47,580 nt of DNA, from assembly GCA_035531535.1 (NCBI GenBank), contig DATKSV010000003.1, forward strand, positions 1-47,580, read 5' to 3'. Position 1 is the first letter of the stretch. The number at the start of each line of letters is the position of its first letter. Under the pieces are notes generated by a model. The model worked only from the letters and a program-made list of their open reading frames with translations. It searched no databases and had not been told where the DNA came from. Made by a program: the position numbers and the translations under genes. Origin of the DNA: Candidatus Nanopelagicaceae bacterium (lineage in GTDB: Bacteria > Chloroflexota > Dormibacteria > Aeolococcales > Bog-877). Shown piece after piece: positions 1 to 10,564 of this stretch.

Positions 1-1
1 G

Positions 2-1033
2 CCACCCGATCTCCCGCGCGCGGTCGGGTACTCGCTAGACTCCAGCGGCGAGTGGGTGCCGTTTCCGCCGCAGGTGTCGGATGCCTTCGCTGCCGCTGGG
101 GGCCTTGTAAGCACCGTTCGAGACCTGGCCACCTGGGTCACCTGGCTCGGCTCGGCCTTCCGGCCGCCGCGCGGCAACGGGGCTGAGCTTTTGAGTCGCG
201 CATCCCGCCGCGAGCTGCAACGGGTGCATATCGCTACACCGCCCGCGCTCGTAGTCGGGGCGAGTGGTGCCATCCAGGTGACGATGGGCGGGTACGCGCT
301 CGGGCTGCGGGTGACAACCGACCTTCATCGCGGCACGTTCATCTCCCATGCCGGAGGCCTGCCCGGCTTCAAGCTCTTCATGACATGGCACCCGCAGTCG
401 GGCCATGGCGCCATCGTCCTCACCAACAGCCATCGCGGTGATCCGATCTCCCTCTGCAGCGAGGCGCTCGGTCGCACCCTGTCCCGATACCAAGTAGCGG
501 CTTCGAGTGTGACGCTCTGGCCGGAAACCGTAGCGCTGCGAGCACAGGTCGAGGAGCTGATCCGCAGATGGGATGACGATCTTGCGGCCAGGACCCTCGC
601 CGACAATGTCGACTTCGACCGTCCACTGCCCGAACGACGCGCCGAGATTGAGCGCTTGGTCGCGGAGGTCGGCCCCCTCCTCGACACCCCGCCCCATCTC
701 GGCATCGTCTCCGCGGCCACGCCGGCCGACGTGACGTGGTCTATCCCAGGGCGAAACGGAGAACTGCTGTGCATGATCCACCTGACGCCGGTAGCGCCGG
801 CGCAGGTCCAAGAGCTGGTGGTGAAGGCTTTCCCTGCCGGCTGCCCCCGCGCGGCTATGCCGGTGGACATCTCACCACGGCGCGCGCAGCTGGGCGAGGC
901 GTTCATCACCCCGATCACCAACGTGCGCGTCCACCTTCCGTCTCTGGCGACCCAGCCCCGCCTCACTGACACCGGTGACGGTGGGGGCCGAGCGGGGGTC
1001 GTCACTTACGGAGCCGGTGCGGAGTCAAGGTAA
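2..1033 (+). CDS. Beta-lactamase-family serine hydrolase, 3' portion; the 5' end lies upstream of the window.
   Basis: The frame is open from nt 2 with no upstream stop. The translation carries class C beta-lactamase / penicillin-binding-like motifs (DLATWVTWL, GYALGLRV, SHAGGLPGF, IVLTNS), followed by an extra C-terminal domain. Confidence 0.6.
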   Translation, partial: PPDLPRAVGYSLDSSGEWVPFPPQVSDAFAAAGGLVSTVRDLATWVTWLGSAFRPPRGNGAELLSRASRRELQRVHIATPPALVVGASGAIQVTMGGYALGLRVTTDLHRGTFISHAGGLPGFKLFMTWHPQSGHGAIVLTNSHRGDPISLCSEALGRTLSRYQVAASSVTLWPETVALRAQVEELIRRWDDDLAARTLADNVDFDRPLPERRAEIERLVAEVGPLLDTPPHLGIVSAATPADVTWSIPGRNGELLCMIHLTPVAPAQVQELVVKAFPAGCPRAAMPVDISPRRAQLGEAFITPITNVRVHLPSLATQPRLTDTGDGGGRAGVVTYGAGAESR

Positions 1034-2018
1034 TCGCAGGCTGACGACGGACCAACGCATGTCGCAATAGGAGCAGGCCGAACGTGAGGGGACTCCGAGC
1101 TCCGGTGCCTTGGTAGCCGGAGGGTGGTTCGTCGTATGCCGAAACCCGGACGGTTTGCCTGTCGGCGCCCTGAGGCCAATCGGAGTTCCATCCATCCCTC
1201 GATGGCTGCTTCGGCAAGCCACGCCGCAACGCTGGGAGGCAAGGTGCAGCTACCTACACGCCGATCAGCGCCTCGCCCAGGGATTCCACTGGCTCGACGC
1301 GGCTGCTGGGGTTACCTACTAGAGCTGGCGGACGAGGGGGTTGAAGTCATCATGAAAGGGGCAGCACATGTCGGAAACTGACTCCTCCCGTAACAAACAG
1401 GCCGATCGCCGCAACGGCCATCGGTGCTGCCGTGGCCGAGCCGACGGCCTTGGCGAGCCTCCCATTACCATAGTCGCCCATCAGGCGACGGCTCCCGGCA
1501 GCCAAGCTGGCCACGACTAGTAGTACAACGCCGCAGGACCGGCGAGTTGATCCGCACCTGGCCCGGGGTCGGCTTGCCGTGCGCCACCGCAGCGTAAATG
1601 GAGCGCTCTGCGATCGCCTTCCTATAGGACGCCATCTTCTCGGCTGGAGAGTCGAGGCCAGGACGCTCGGGCAGCCACCTGTGTTCGGGACGCATCGGCA
1701 GATAGACCCCACTGGGCACCATGAGGCAGCCCCTCCAGGTCGGATAGGGATGCTGCCGTAGTCGCTTCCATGCGAGCGCACCGTTAGCCCCACACCCAAT
1801 GGGCTGGTGCGGCCAACTGGAGGCGCACCTAGGCCCGGAAATGGCTTCCAAGACGGCAGGGGCATCACCGCGGCAAAGGCCAGGCGGGTTCCCTGGGGGC
1901 GGCGGGCGAGGTTGTCGGCACCGACACGCAATCTGGAGGTTGGGTCGTACGTACCGCGAGTTACCGGTGTCACGGGTAGTCGCTCTCCAGGCCTAGAGGC
2001 CCCATGCCGGGCCCCTGG

Positions 2019-3236
2019 TCACCGGCCAATGTCTGCGTGGTGCCGCTGGGTGAGGGCGATGAGCGCCCCCGCGACCAGCACGCCGGCAGACAGACCGAGG
2101 CCCGCCCTGAGCCCTGCGGGTCCATCCGAGAGCACGCCAGCCAGCACCGGGCCAGCACATTGGCCCAAAGCAAAGGCCACAGTGAGACTGGCGATCGCAG
2201 GAGTCCAGTGATGCGGCTGAAGGGAGCGGCGGGCGACCATGGTCACCGCCGTCACCACCGCGAGGAACGACCCCCCGAACAGCACGGCGGACCCCATGAC
2301 GGCCCCGGGCGAGGTGGACACGAGCGGCAGCAAGGCGCCGACGCTGACCACGGCGAGGACCATGCCCGGAGCGCGCCCGCCGCGGAGGTGGACGAGCGGG
2401 CGAACCCATATGAAAGCACCGGTGATCGACGCCGCACCGAGGACGACCCAGAAGGTTGTGATCTCTCCCGGGCCGGCCCCGTGGCCCTTCAAGAAGGCCA
2501 CGATGAAGGTCATGTACGCGATGTAGCCCGCCCCGAAGAATGCGTAGCTGAGGAACAGGGCCCGGAAGCGGCGCGCCGGCCAGTGCTTGTCGGCAAGGGG
2601 CGCGGCGCGTGGCTCACGGCTGGCACGGGCTGCCGGAGCCGCGATCGCGAACGCTAAGAGGCCGAGCCCGGCGAGAAGCACCCAGCCCCATCTCCAGCCG
2701 TTTGCCACCGGAGTGGAGGCAAGGAGAACCGGGATTGCCAGGCCCGACACCACGATCCCCGCTCCGCCGCCGGCGAAGTAAATCCCGAGGAGCGATGCAG
2801 CCCGGCGAGCGGACCCGGCCGTCCCGGCCTCGGCCACCAGCCCGGCGCCGGTGACAAAACAGATCGCACCGGAGACCCCGGCGAGGGCTCGCAAGCCAAC
2901 CAGCACGGTGGCGTTGCCGGTGGCAGCAGTGGCGAGGAGGGATGCCACGGTGACCCCGAGTCCGGCGAGAAAGGACCTGCGGGTCCCCAAGCGACGTGCG
3001 GCTAGGGAGGCAAGCAGGGCTCCGGCAAGGTATCCGAAGGCGTTCGCGGTGTTCATCGCGCCGGCGATGGCGAACGACCAGCGCAGCTCAAGCCGCATCG
3101 ATGGGAGCAACAAGGCGTAGGCGAAACGGCCCAGTCCGAGTGCGACCGCAGGTCCGAGTGCCAAGCCGAAGGCAACCGCAAACCCCGGGACGTGCGGGTG
3201 GCCGTCCCCCAGGGCTGGTCGCCGGTCACAGGGCAT
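2019..3236 (-). CDS. MFS transporter of the YbfB/YjiJ-like family.
   Basis: 405 aa with about 12 predicted hydrophobic helices and Gly/Ala-rich MFS signature stretches (GRFAYALLLPSM, RLGTRRSFLAGLG). Confidence 0.8.
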   Translation of the reverse strand: MPCDRRPALGDGHPHVPGFAVAFGLALGPAVALGLGRFAYALLLPSMRLELRWSFAIAGAMNTANAFGYLAGALLASLAARRLGTRRSFLAGLGVTVASLLATAATGNATVLVGLRALAGVSGAICFVTGAGLVAEAGTAGSARRAASLLGIYFAGGGAGIVVSGLAIPVLLASTPVANGWRWGWVLLAGLGLLAFAIAAPAARASREPRAAPLADKHWPARRFRALFLSYAFFGAGYIAYMTFIVAFLKGHGAGPGEITTFWVVLGAASITGAFIWVRPLVHLRGGRAPGMVLAVVSVGALLPLVSTSPGAVMGSAVLFGGSFLAVVTAVTMVARRSLQPHHWTPAIASLTVAFALGQCAGPVLAGVLSDGPAGLRAGLGLSAGVLVAGALIALTQRHHADIGR

Positions 3237-4312
3237 TGGCTGGCTCAGTGGCGGCGTGCCTGGCGATGCTGCCCCTGCGCGTCCAGCCTCAGCACGGATC
3301 CGCGGCGAGCCTCCGTCGCCACACCGAGGGCGCCGAGGACGAGCGGCATCAGGTCGGCGCCGAGGCGCCTCGGCTCGGCGATGCGCGCCGAGGCGCCTGC
3401 CATGTGGGGGAGCTCATGGAACACCCCATCGGGTCGGAAGGTGGCCATCGCACCGAGAGGATGGCGAGATTGAATAGGTCGCCCACGACTGGCTCAGGAC
3501 CGAGCGATTGCAACAGCGCGCCGTTCGCTTGGGAGCGCTCCATGCCGGCGACGCCGTGGCGAGCAACGTACCCAGACGCACCCAACCACGCCGCTTGCAC
3601 TCACCAGCAAGAATCGCATGCCTTGATGCTACCGTCGGCCAGGTCGGGACTGGGGCCACGAGGTCGTATGGCGGCGTAGGCGCGCTCGTCACGGACGCCA
3701 TCCGGGCGGCCCCGCACGGACCCTCGCCGGCCGTTCCCAAAGTGGGGGACTGGTGGAGCAAACCAATCCTGCGGTGGGCTGTGCCCATCCTCCAAAGGGC
3801 TGTGGCCCGCGGAAAGGCGGACGACAGGCTGACTTAGACGTCAGATGTTTCGAATGCTTGGCCCAAGGTGGTTCGAGTGGGACTGCGGGCCGGATTGTGT
3901 GGCGGGCGGCAAGCCCATCCCGGGGTCGAATCAGAAGCGACAGGTCGGCTACCACCGCGCGACGGCCAAGTCCTCTGTTGAAAAGTCGCCTGGTTTGGTA
4001 CTCCGTGGCGCGCAGGCCCCCCGGATGGGGCCTCCAGACGGCTGTGCCGGACAATGGTTGGCAGTTGGGGATATGAGATCACGTCAGCCGCTGCCGCGCC
4101 CTGGGGCAATACCTCAGGGTGATCAAGCGGCGCTCCCAACAAGGTTGTGAGTACCCCAGCGTCGAACACCAACCGAACGACTTTGGAGCCTCGCACCCGC
4201 ACCGGTTCGGCCTCGGCCCCCAGCGAGATGCCGCGCCCAAGCCGGGCACTAGTCGGAGCAAAGTGATATCTTATTCATATCAGTTTATCGACTCCGCAGG
4301 ATAGGGGGAGAG

Positions 4313-5230
4313 ATGACACAGCCAGCCCCGCCATATGGCAGTCTCGGGTCCACTCCAGTTGGGCACTCGGGAATCCGAGTCGACATCCACGAGCGGACAG
4401 CCTGGGCGATCAACGGCTGGTTCGGAGTACTCGCCGCCGCCGCCTGTATCGCCGTCCAGCTCTTCGTCGTCCGTGGTTCAGCCACGGTCATCTCGGTCGC
4501 GCTCCTCCTGGTGGCCGCAGTCATCTTGGCCTCGCTGGTCATCGTCCAGCCCGGTCAGACCAGGGTGATGCGCTTCTTTGGCAGCTACGTCGGCACCGTG
4601 CGCGGTACCGGCCTGTCCTGGACCCTTCCGCTCAGCACCCGCCGGAATGTCAGCATTCGGGTGCGGAACTTCGAGACTAACCGTCTCAAGGTCAACGACG
4701 CTGATGGCAATCCGGTGGAGATCGCTGCCATTGTTGTCTGGCAGGTGGCCGACACTTCGCGTGCCCTCTACGCGGTGGAGGACTACCTGGCCTTCGTGCG
4801 AGTCCAGGCTGAGTCGGCGTTGCGCCATGTGGCGACCACGCACCCCTACGACGACCCAGAGGGCCGCGGCATCTCCCTGCGCGGCTCCATTGACATCGTC
4901 GCCGGCGAGCTGGCCGAGGAGGTGGCTCAGAGGGTCGCCATCGCCGGCATCGAGATCGTTGAGGTGCGCATCAGCCATCTCGCCTACGCGCCTGAGATAG
5001 CCCAAGTGATGCTCCGGCGGCAGCAGGCAAACGCGGTCGTGGCGGCGCGCTCCCGCATCGTCGACGGGGCGGTCGGAATGGTAGAACTGGCGCTCGCCCG
5101 GCTTAGCGAGCGCGGCATAGTCGCTCTCGACGAGGAGCGCAAGGCGGCGATGGTGAGCAACTTAATGGTAGTGCTTTGCAGCGATCAACCCGCTTCGCCG
5201 GTTGTCAATACCGGGACGCTTTACACCTGA
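4313..5230 (+). CDS. SPFH/band-7 (stomatin/prohibitin-like) domain protein.
   Basis: An N-terminal TM helix is followed by the SPFH core ([52 protein letters not shown]). A GGGAGAG RBS sits in front of the ATG and the upstream leader is AT-rich. Confidence 0.85.
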   Translation: MTQPAPPYGSLGSTPVGHSGIRVDIHERTAWAINGWFGVLAAAACIAVQLFVVRGSATVISVALLLVAAVILASLVIVQPGQTRVMRFFGSYVGTVRGTGLSWTLPLSTRRNVSIRVRNFETNRLKVNDADGNPVEIAAIVVWQVADTSRALYAVEDYLAFVRVQAESALRHVATTHPYDDPEGRGISLRGSIDIVAGELAEEVAQRVAIAGIEIVEVRISHLAYAPEIAQVMLRRQQANAVVAARSRIVDGAVGMVELALARLSERGIVALDEERKAAMVSNLMVVLCSDQPASPVVNTGTLYT

Positions 5231-5233
5231 TAG

Positions 5234-5428
5234 GTGAATGCCCGCAAACCGGTACTGCTGCGCTTCGATCCCAGCGTCCACGATGCCCTGGCCAGGTGGG
5301 CGGCCGATGAGTTTCGCAGCCTCAATGCCCAAGTCGAGATGTTGCTGCGCCGGGCCCTCGACGACGCCGGGCGAATGCCGAAACGCGCCGGCCCCTTGCC
5401 CAGGCGAGGTCGGCCACCGGCGGCTTAA
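5234..5428 (+). CDS. Arc-like ribbon-helix-helix DNA-binding protein.
   Basis: 64 aa, starting 3 nt after the SPFH stop. It carries the Arc/RHH-type N-terminal motif LLRFDPSVHDALARWAADEFRSLNAQVEMLLRRAL. Confidence 0.55.
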   Translation: MNARKPVLLRFDPSVHDALARWAADEFRSLNAQVEMLLRRALDDAGRMPKRAGPLPRRGRPPAA

Positions 5429-7418
5429 CTGGCCTGGGGGTGCCGAGCCCTCGGTCCTCCACTCCCCGCCAGGCGGGTGGATCGCACCCGCCGCCAGTGG
5501 GACCACAGCAAGGCGACAGCTCTGGTAACTGGACTTGGTGACGGCCGAGCCCAGCCGAACCGCAACTCGACCGCGATGGTCTGGCTCTGGACCTAACCGC
5601 TAAGTCGTGGGCACGCTCCTGGCCTGCGGCCTGGCGCGAAGTGCCTAACGCAGGCAGCGTTGGGTTGACCAGAGCCTTGCCGCCCAGGCTGGCCCCGCAA
5701 TGACCAGGAGGGTGCCCAGCCCTGCTGGGCCGGTCGCTCCGGTTCTCCCTGGCGGTCTCGGCACTCCAGCCCGCGTGCTCCGGCAGCGCGTTGCGCTCCG
5801 GTCGCCCCTGGGGGCGCCGGACTGCGGCTGAGCTCGCTGAACCCAAAATGCCAGGAACGCCGTTGGCCCCTGCGCCGCTGGCGGGTCAGTGGCCGCCTCA
5901 CACTCAATGGTGCTTGTGGTTGCTCTGGACGAGGGCGGGAGAGTGGCCAGAAAACCGCGTCCTGGCCGATGCCGGCCACAGTCCCGGTACTTGTGAAAAC
6001 CCATCCCGGCTGCTAGCCAGGGCTGTCGAGCTGGCAATGAAGAGGCGGTCAGACTACCCGCACCAGGGGGCCGTGAGAGGTGAGTCGGGCGCTACTGCCA
6101 TCGATCTGGAGCTCGAGAGGCACGACCACCTGATAGACGCCTGTAGGGCTGGTGATCAGTCCGCTCCCTTCCAGCGGCCAGGTCCCGACCAGCGCCACAA
6201 GGCAGATCGGACGCCCAGGCTCTAGAGTGTCCCATCGCCCCACACCTGCAATTGGCATTGTGAAGCAGCCGATTGGATCCGGTTCCCCCTGACAGCAGAT
6301 GCCCCCGGGCTGGGGCGCTCCTCACTCCACAGGCAGAGCTGGCTCCCAAGCCCCGACGCTGACCTCGACCCGGGCTCGGAGATAGTCGCCAGCGGCGACT
6401 TGCATGAACTCAAGAACATTCGTCGCCCGAAGAGACGGTGCGTCGCGATCGGGCCCCCCGCGGCCTTCCTCTTGGATCATAGGACCAGCCCTCCCCACGG
6501 ATCTCGAGTGGAGACCGCGCCGTGCGGTGACGGTGGGCCCGCGTGCTATCCCGTGATGTCGGGGCGCCAAGGTGCGGCGCGGGTTTGGGCGGCGGAAGGT
6601 CGCAGCAGTTAGGTTGCCTGCAAGCTGCGGCCCGGATCGGGACCGGTGAGCGCCGCGATGGACGTCGCCGTGACGACTGCCCCAACCCGAGCCGCTAATC
6701 AGACCCATGCCTGAGCCGATACCCGCCGCCGGCACGGCCGTCATGACAAGCTGGAGTGGCCGAACCCGCTGGCACGTGACGGCCGCAGGCGACCCGACGG
6801 AGATCCAACATGGGCAAGGCTGGTGGTCCTGCTCCCATAAGCGTTCCGTCCGGCAAGCGAAGCAACCCGGCGGGTGACCAACCACATGGCCAACTCGCTA
6901 CGGACCCGGCCCGCTTCGCGGCCCTCTGGGCACCTGGTGGAAGGCCCAAGCACAAGGAGGTGATCGACCGGGCCAAAGGATCAGCCCCGAGTCGGGGGCA
7001 AGCGGGCCAGAGATGGCGTCGGACAGCGGGGCCTAACCCGATTCCCGGTGCCGGGTCAGTTCCGGCGGCGCCCGCAGACTAAATAGGCGACGGATCCACC
7101 CGTGTTAGCAGCTGACAGCACGCGCCACAACCACTTGCTGCCACGAATCTGCGCCTGAGAGCGCCCCCCTATGTCACGCCAGGTGAACGCCGTCACCAGC
7201 ACGTGGAACGGTAGGTACCAGGCCAAGAAGGTCCAGTTCTGGCTCCGCCTTTGCATCCGCGCAGTATGGCACGGCGATCTGGCCGGGTCAGAGCCGGCTC
7301 TGGCCAGGATCGCCGGCGGCTTGAGGTTACGCCGACCTTCGCGGTGCCCCAGGGAGCCGCCCGATCCAGGGGGGCGAGCTGCGACCAAGGGGAAGGGGAT
7401 CATCGAGATCACGACAGG

Positions 7419-7560
7419 ACGCTTCCCGGCTTCTGGTGGGTGCGATAGGACTCGCCATCCAGGCCCAGTTCGTAGGCAAATTTCACCAGGCGGTCGACTG
7501 CGAACTGGGCCAGCATCGGGTCGGCCATCAGGGCAAGCCATTCCTTGGGGTCGCGGTCGG
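7419..7560 (-). pseudogene. IstB-like (IS21-family helper ATPase) C-terminal remnant.
   Basis: The minus-strand translation DPKEWLALMADPMLAQFAVDRLVKFAYELGLDGESYRTHQKPGSVLS* resembles the IstB C-terminal tail (..DRLLHHAHVIELKGESYRLK..). No N-terminal continuation remains in frame. Confidence 0.3.
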
Positions 7561-7768
7561 AGGTCAGGAGAGTCGCGGGGCAACGACCTCATCACGCAGG
7601 CGACGGTCAGCGCCGGAGTGCGGAGCGCGGAGCGTGGAATGGTCGCCTTGACAACCCGGCCCCAGGGCAGAGTTCGCCGGCCTCCCCTGAGCTTCTTGGG
7701 CCTACGAAACCCAGGCCGACGGGGATCCCCTCCGGGGGAATCCCCGTACGAGGGCCGCCTGGAGAAGA

Positions 7769-8212
7769 TCAGCTGTTGGGGACGGCCAGCATGTCTTCGA
7801 GCAGTTGCCGCCACGGAACCGCTGGCCAGCCGATCTCGTGGGCCACCTTCCCGGCGACATGGACGGCCTCATAGACCCAGTCGAGCTCGGCGGCGAACTC
7901 AGGCGAGACCCCTGAGCCGGATTCCGCGGCGACCAGCTGCCCGAGCTGGAAGGCTGCCGTGGTCTCGGCGAGCCGGACCGCCTCAATCGACTTGGCAGCC
8001 TCGGCTCGCAGGTGTCGGTGCGCGGGCAGGGCGACGACCCGATCCGCCCATTGGGCACAAGCGATGGCCCGCCGCCATTCAGCGGACTTGGCGGAGCCCG
8101 AATGGGCCGCTCTCGATGCGTACTGGTCCAGCTGATCGGCCTCAGTGGCTGGCAGCACGTCCCGCAGGGCGTCAATCAGGTGGGTGATCATGAAGCTGGA
8201 TTCATCGCTCAT
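7769..8212 (-). CDS. Hypothetical protein.
   Basis: 147-aa ORF of normal amino-acid complexity and helical character, divergent from the amidase gene. No motif was recognised. Confidence 0.4.
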   Translation of the reverse strand: MSDESSFMITHLIDALRDVLPATEADQLDQYASRAAHSGSAKSAEWRRAIACAQWADRVVALPAHRHLRAEAAKSIEAVRLAETTAAFQLGQLVAAESGSGVSPEFAAELDWVYEAVHVAGKVAHEIGWPAVPWRQLLEDMLAVPNS

Positions 8213-8355
8213 GTGGCCAACTCTAAGTGGTCGGCCACGGCTGTGCGCGCCCGGCCGACCGTCAAGCGCGGCCCCTGGGGACTCCGCAAGCCGCGGCTTC
8301 CACAGCGCCCGGCCCTTGCGAATCGAGGGCCAGCGCCTATACTCCCCCTAGCGCC

Positions 8356-9516
8356 ATGCGCCACGGGCCAATTCGTCCTCTCCACATCGTCGCCCTGGCC
8401 CTCGGGGTCGGCCTTTGTGCCGCTCTCGTTCCCGGGACGGTACTCGCGTCCTCGCACGCCCAGCGAGGTCCCGTCCCACTCACTGCCCCAAAGCCATACG
8501 TGGTCGCCATCGATCCCGGCCACGGCGGCTACGACCCGGGCGCCATCTCCCCCTACAACGGACTGGAGGAGAAGAACGTGACCCTCAGCGTCGGCCTCGA
8601 TCTGCGCCAGCTGCTGGCGGCGGAGGGCGTGAAGGTCGTCATGAGCCGCACCAAGGATGTCTTCGTGAGCATCCCCCAGGCCGAGGCGGTGGCGGACAAC
8701 AACCACGCCAACCTCTTCGTCAGCCTCTGGGTCAACGACTGGAGCACCACCTCGCTGGAGGGGGTGACGGTCTTCACCCCCCACAGCTTCGACGTGCCCT
8801 TCGCCAACTCCATCGATGCCGGACTGGGGCATTCAATTGCCGCCTTCGGGATGGGCAACCGGGGGGTGCAACCCCTGCCCCAGCTGTGGGTGCACGCGCC
8901 CATGCCGACGGTCACCATCGAGTCCGGCTTCATGAGCAACCAGAAGGACTCGGTGCTGCTCGCCGAGCCCGCCTTCCGGGAGGCACTGGCCCAGGGGATA
9001 AACAACGGCATCTTGGCCTTCGCGCCCCAGATCGCCAAGCTCCGAACCCAGGAGCTGGCGTATCAGGTGGCCCAGGCCAAGGCCCGCGCCGCCCAGGAAC
9101 TGGCCGCCATCCGAGCGCGCCAGGGGGCGGGCCTGGTGGAGTGGGTCCTGGTGCTCCTGATCGTGGCGATCCTCTTCTTCCTGGCGATCTACCAGGACAC
9201 CCTCGGACGCGGCCTGCGCTGGAGCTTCGCCCAGGGCAGGGCCCGCGCGCCCACGCTGGCCAGACGTGGCGGTTTGGCATTCCTGCGCTCCCTGACCCCG
9301 GCTCCCCGGGAGCCTCGAGCGCGGCGGGTGCGCCCATCCTCGACTCCCACCGGCCGGCGACTCCCGCGGACGACGAGACCGGGCAGCCCGCCACCCGCCT
9401 GGCGGCGGCCAGGCCCGGGGACCAGGCCCCAGCGGGTGGCCGAGATGGTGCATCCAGATGATGGCCACCGCCGCCGCCGCGGTCGGGGCTCTGTCTACGA
9501 CGACCTGTCCTTGTAG
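8356..9516 (+). CDS. N-acetylmuramoyl-L-alanine amidase (Ami_3 / AmiC-CwlD type) with an N-terminal signal/TM segment and a C-terminal TM helix plus an Arg/Pro-rich tail.
   Basis: Ami_3 catalytic motifs are present (VVAIDPGHGGYDPGA, NLFVSLWVND, ESGFMSNQKDSVLL). The start was chosen at the ATG of MRHGPIRPLHIVALALGVGL, which gives a signal-peptide-like N-terminus. The ORF track began it earlier. Confidence 0.8.
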   Translation: MRHGPIRPLHIVALALGVGLCAALVPGTVLASSHAQRGPVPLTAPKPYVVAIDPGHGGYDPGAISPYNGLEEKNVTLSVGLDLRQLLAAEGVKVVMSRTKDVFVSIPQAEAVADNNHANLFVSLWVNDWSTTSLEGVTVFTPHSFDVPFANSIDAGLGHSIAAFGMGNRGVQPLPQLWVHAPMPTVTIESGFMSNQKDSVLLAEPAFREALAQGINNGILAFAPQIAKLRTQELAYQVAQAKARAAQELAAIRARQGAGLVEWVLVLLIVAILFFLAIYQDTLGRGLRWSFAQGRARAPTLARRGGLAFLRSLTPAPREPRARRVRPSSTPTGRRLPRTTRPGSPPPAWRRPGPGTRPQRVAEMVHPDDGHRRRRGRGSVYDDLSL

Positions 9517-9664
9517 TTCGCCGGCGGTGACCTGCACACGCAGAACCCGAGCCAGCGCTGGCCAAAGGGCGGAGCGGGCATCGGCCGCCGCACCGGGACA
9601 CCGCGCCTGGACCACCGACCGGGCGAGGAACCCTGTGGGTCCAAGGCCGATCCCTGGCTGGTCC

Positions 9665-10564
9665 CTACCGGGGGCGCTCCCCCGGGTCCAGCCCCAGCTC
9701 ATGTGCCAGCGCTTCCCACTCCGCCAGCGGCACCTGGGCGGGGTCGGCGACGATCACCTGGACGGCGACGTGGTCTGCCCCGGCCTGGAGATGCTCCCGG
9801 ACCCTGGCGGCGACCTGGCTGACATTGCCCCAGCCGACCACGGCGTCCACCAGCCGGTCGCTGCCCCCGCCTTCCAGCTCATCCGACCCAAAGCCCATCC
9901 TCTCCAGATTGTGGCGGTAGTTCGGGAGCCGAAGGTAGGAGGAGGTATGCCGCCGTGCGATCGCCCGAGCGGCCTCCGGGTTCGGCTCCAGCACCACCGC
10001 CTGCTCCGGGCAGAGGAGCTTGCCAGGGCCCAGGATCGCCCGGGCCGCCTGGGTGTGCTCCACCGGCACGAAGTAGGGGTGGGCGCCGTCCGCGCGGGCG
10101 GCCGCCAGCTCCAGCATTCGGGGCCCCAGCGCGGCCAGCACCCGGAGCGGTGGCTCGAGCGGCATGGGGGCGTCGTACTGCGCCTGATCCATGGCATCCA
10201 GATAGGCACGCATGGCTGAGTAGGGGCGGTCGTAGGCGTGGCCCCGGGGATTCACCAGGGGCACGTGGCTGACACCCAGCCCCAGCAGGAAGCGGCCCTG
10301 GTAGGCCTCGTCGAGGGTGAGCTGTCCGGCGCGCATAGCCTGGGCGTCCCGGGCCCAGATGCTGGCGATGCCCGACCCCACCACCATCTTGTCCGAGGCG
10401 GCCAGCAGCAGCGACGAGTTGGCGAAGATCTCGCGGCGATAGCTCTCGCCCACCCAGAGGGCGCCGAACCCGAGCGTCTCGAGCCGGCCCACGGCCGACC
10501 TCACAACCACGGCCGGCTGCCGATCCAGGGCGGAGGTCCAAACGCCGAAACGGCCCAGTTCCAT
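9665..10564 (-). CDS. LLM-class F420-dependent oxidoreductase (luciferase-like monooxygenase family).
   Basis: 299 aa with a TIM-barrel LLM signature (GFGALWVGESY, RFLLGLGVSHVPL, GWGNVSQVAARVREHLQAGADHVAVQVIV). Confidence 0.8.
   Translation of the reverse strand: MELGRFGVWTSALDRQPAVVVRSAVGRLETLGFGALWVGESYRREIFANSSLLLAASDKMVVGSGIASIWARDAQAMRAGQLTLDEAYQGRFLLGLGVSHVPLVNPRGHAYDRPYSAMRAYLDAMDQAQYDAPMPLEPPLRVLAALGPRMLELAAARADGAHPYFVPVEHTQAARAILGPGKLLCPEQAVVLEPNPEAARAIARRHTSSYLRLPNYRHNLERMGFGSDELEGGGSDRLVDAVVGWGNVSQVAARVREHLQAGADHVAVQVIVADPAQVPLAEWEALAHELGLDPGERPR

Noticed and set aside
1034-1350. A possible tRNA or small RNA between the hydrolase and the putative integrase remnant.
   Set aside because: No cloverleaf could be built, and no T-loop (GTTCGAATC-like) or anticodon arm is present.
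7056-8187. Overlapping 252-aa (minus) and 338-aa (+) ORFs.
   Set aside because: Both are extremely Arg/Pro/Gly-rich with no recognisable domains. Only the IstB-like tail (in a different frame) and the 147-aa minus ORF at 7769-8212 look protein-like.
8415-9461. A 348-aa + ORF in an alternative frame over the amidase gene.
   Set aside because: It is a same-strand out-of-frame overlap of the amidase gene with Arg/Gly/Pro-rich composition. The amidase frame carries the Ami_3 motifs.
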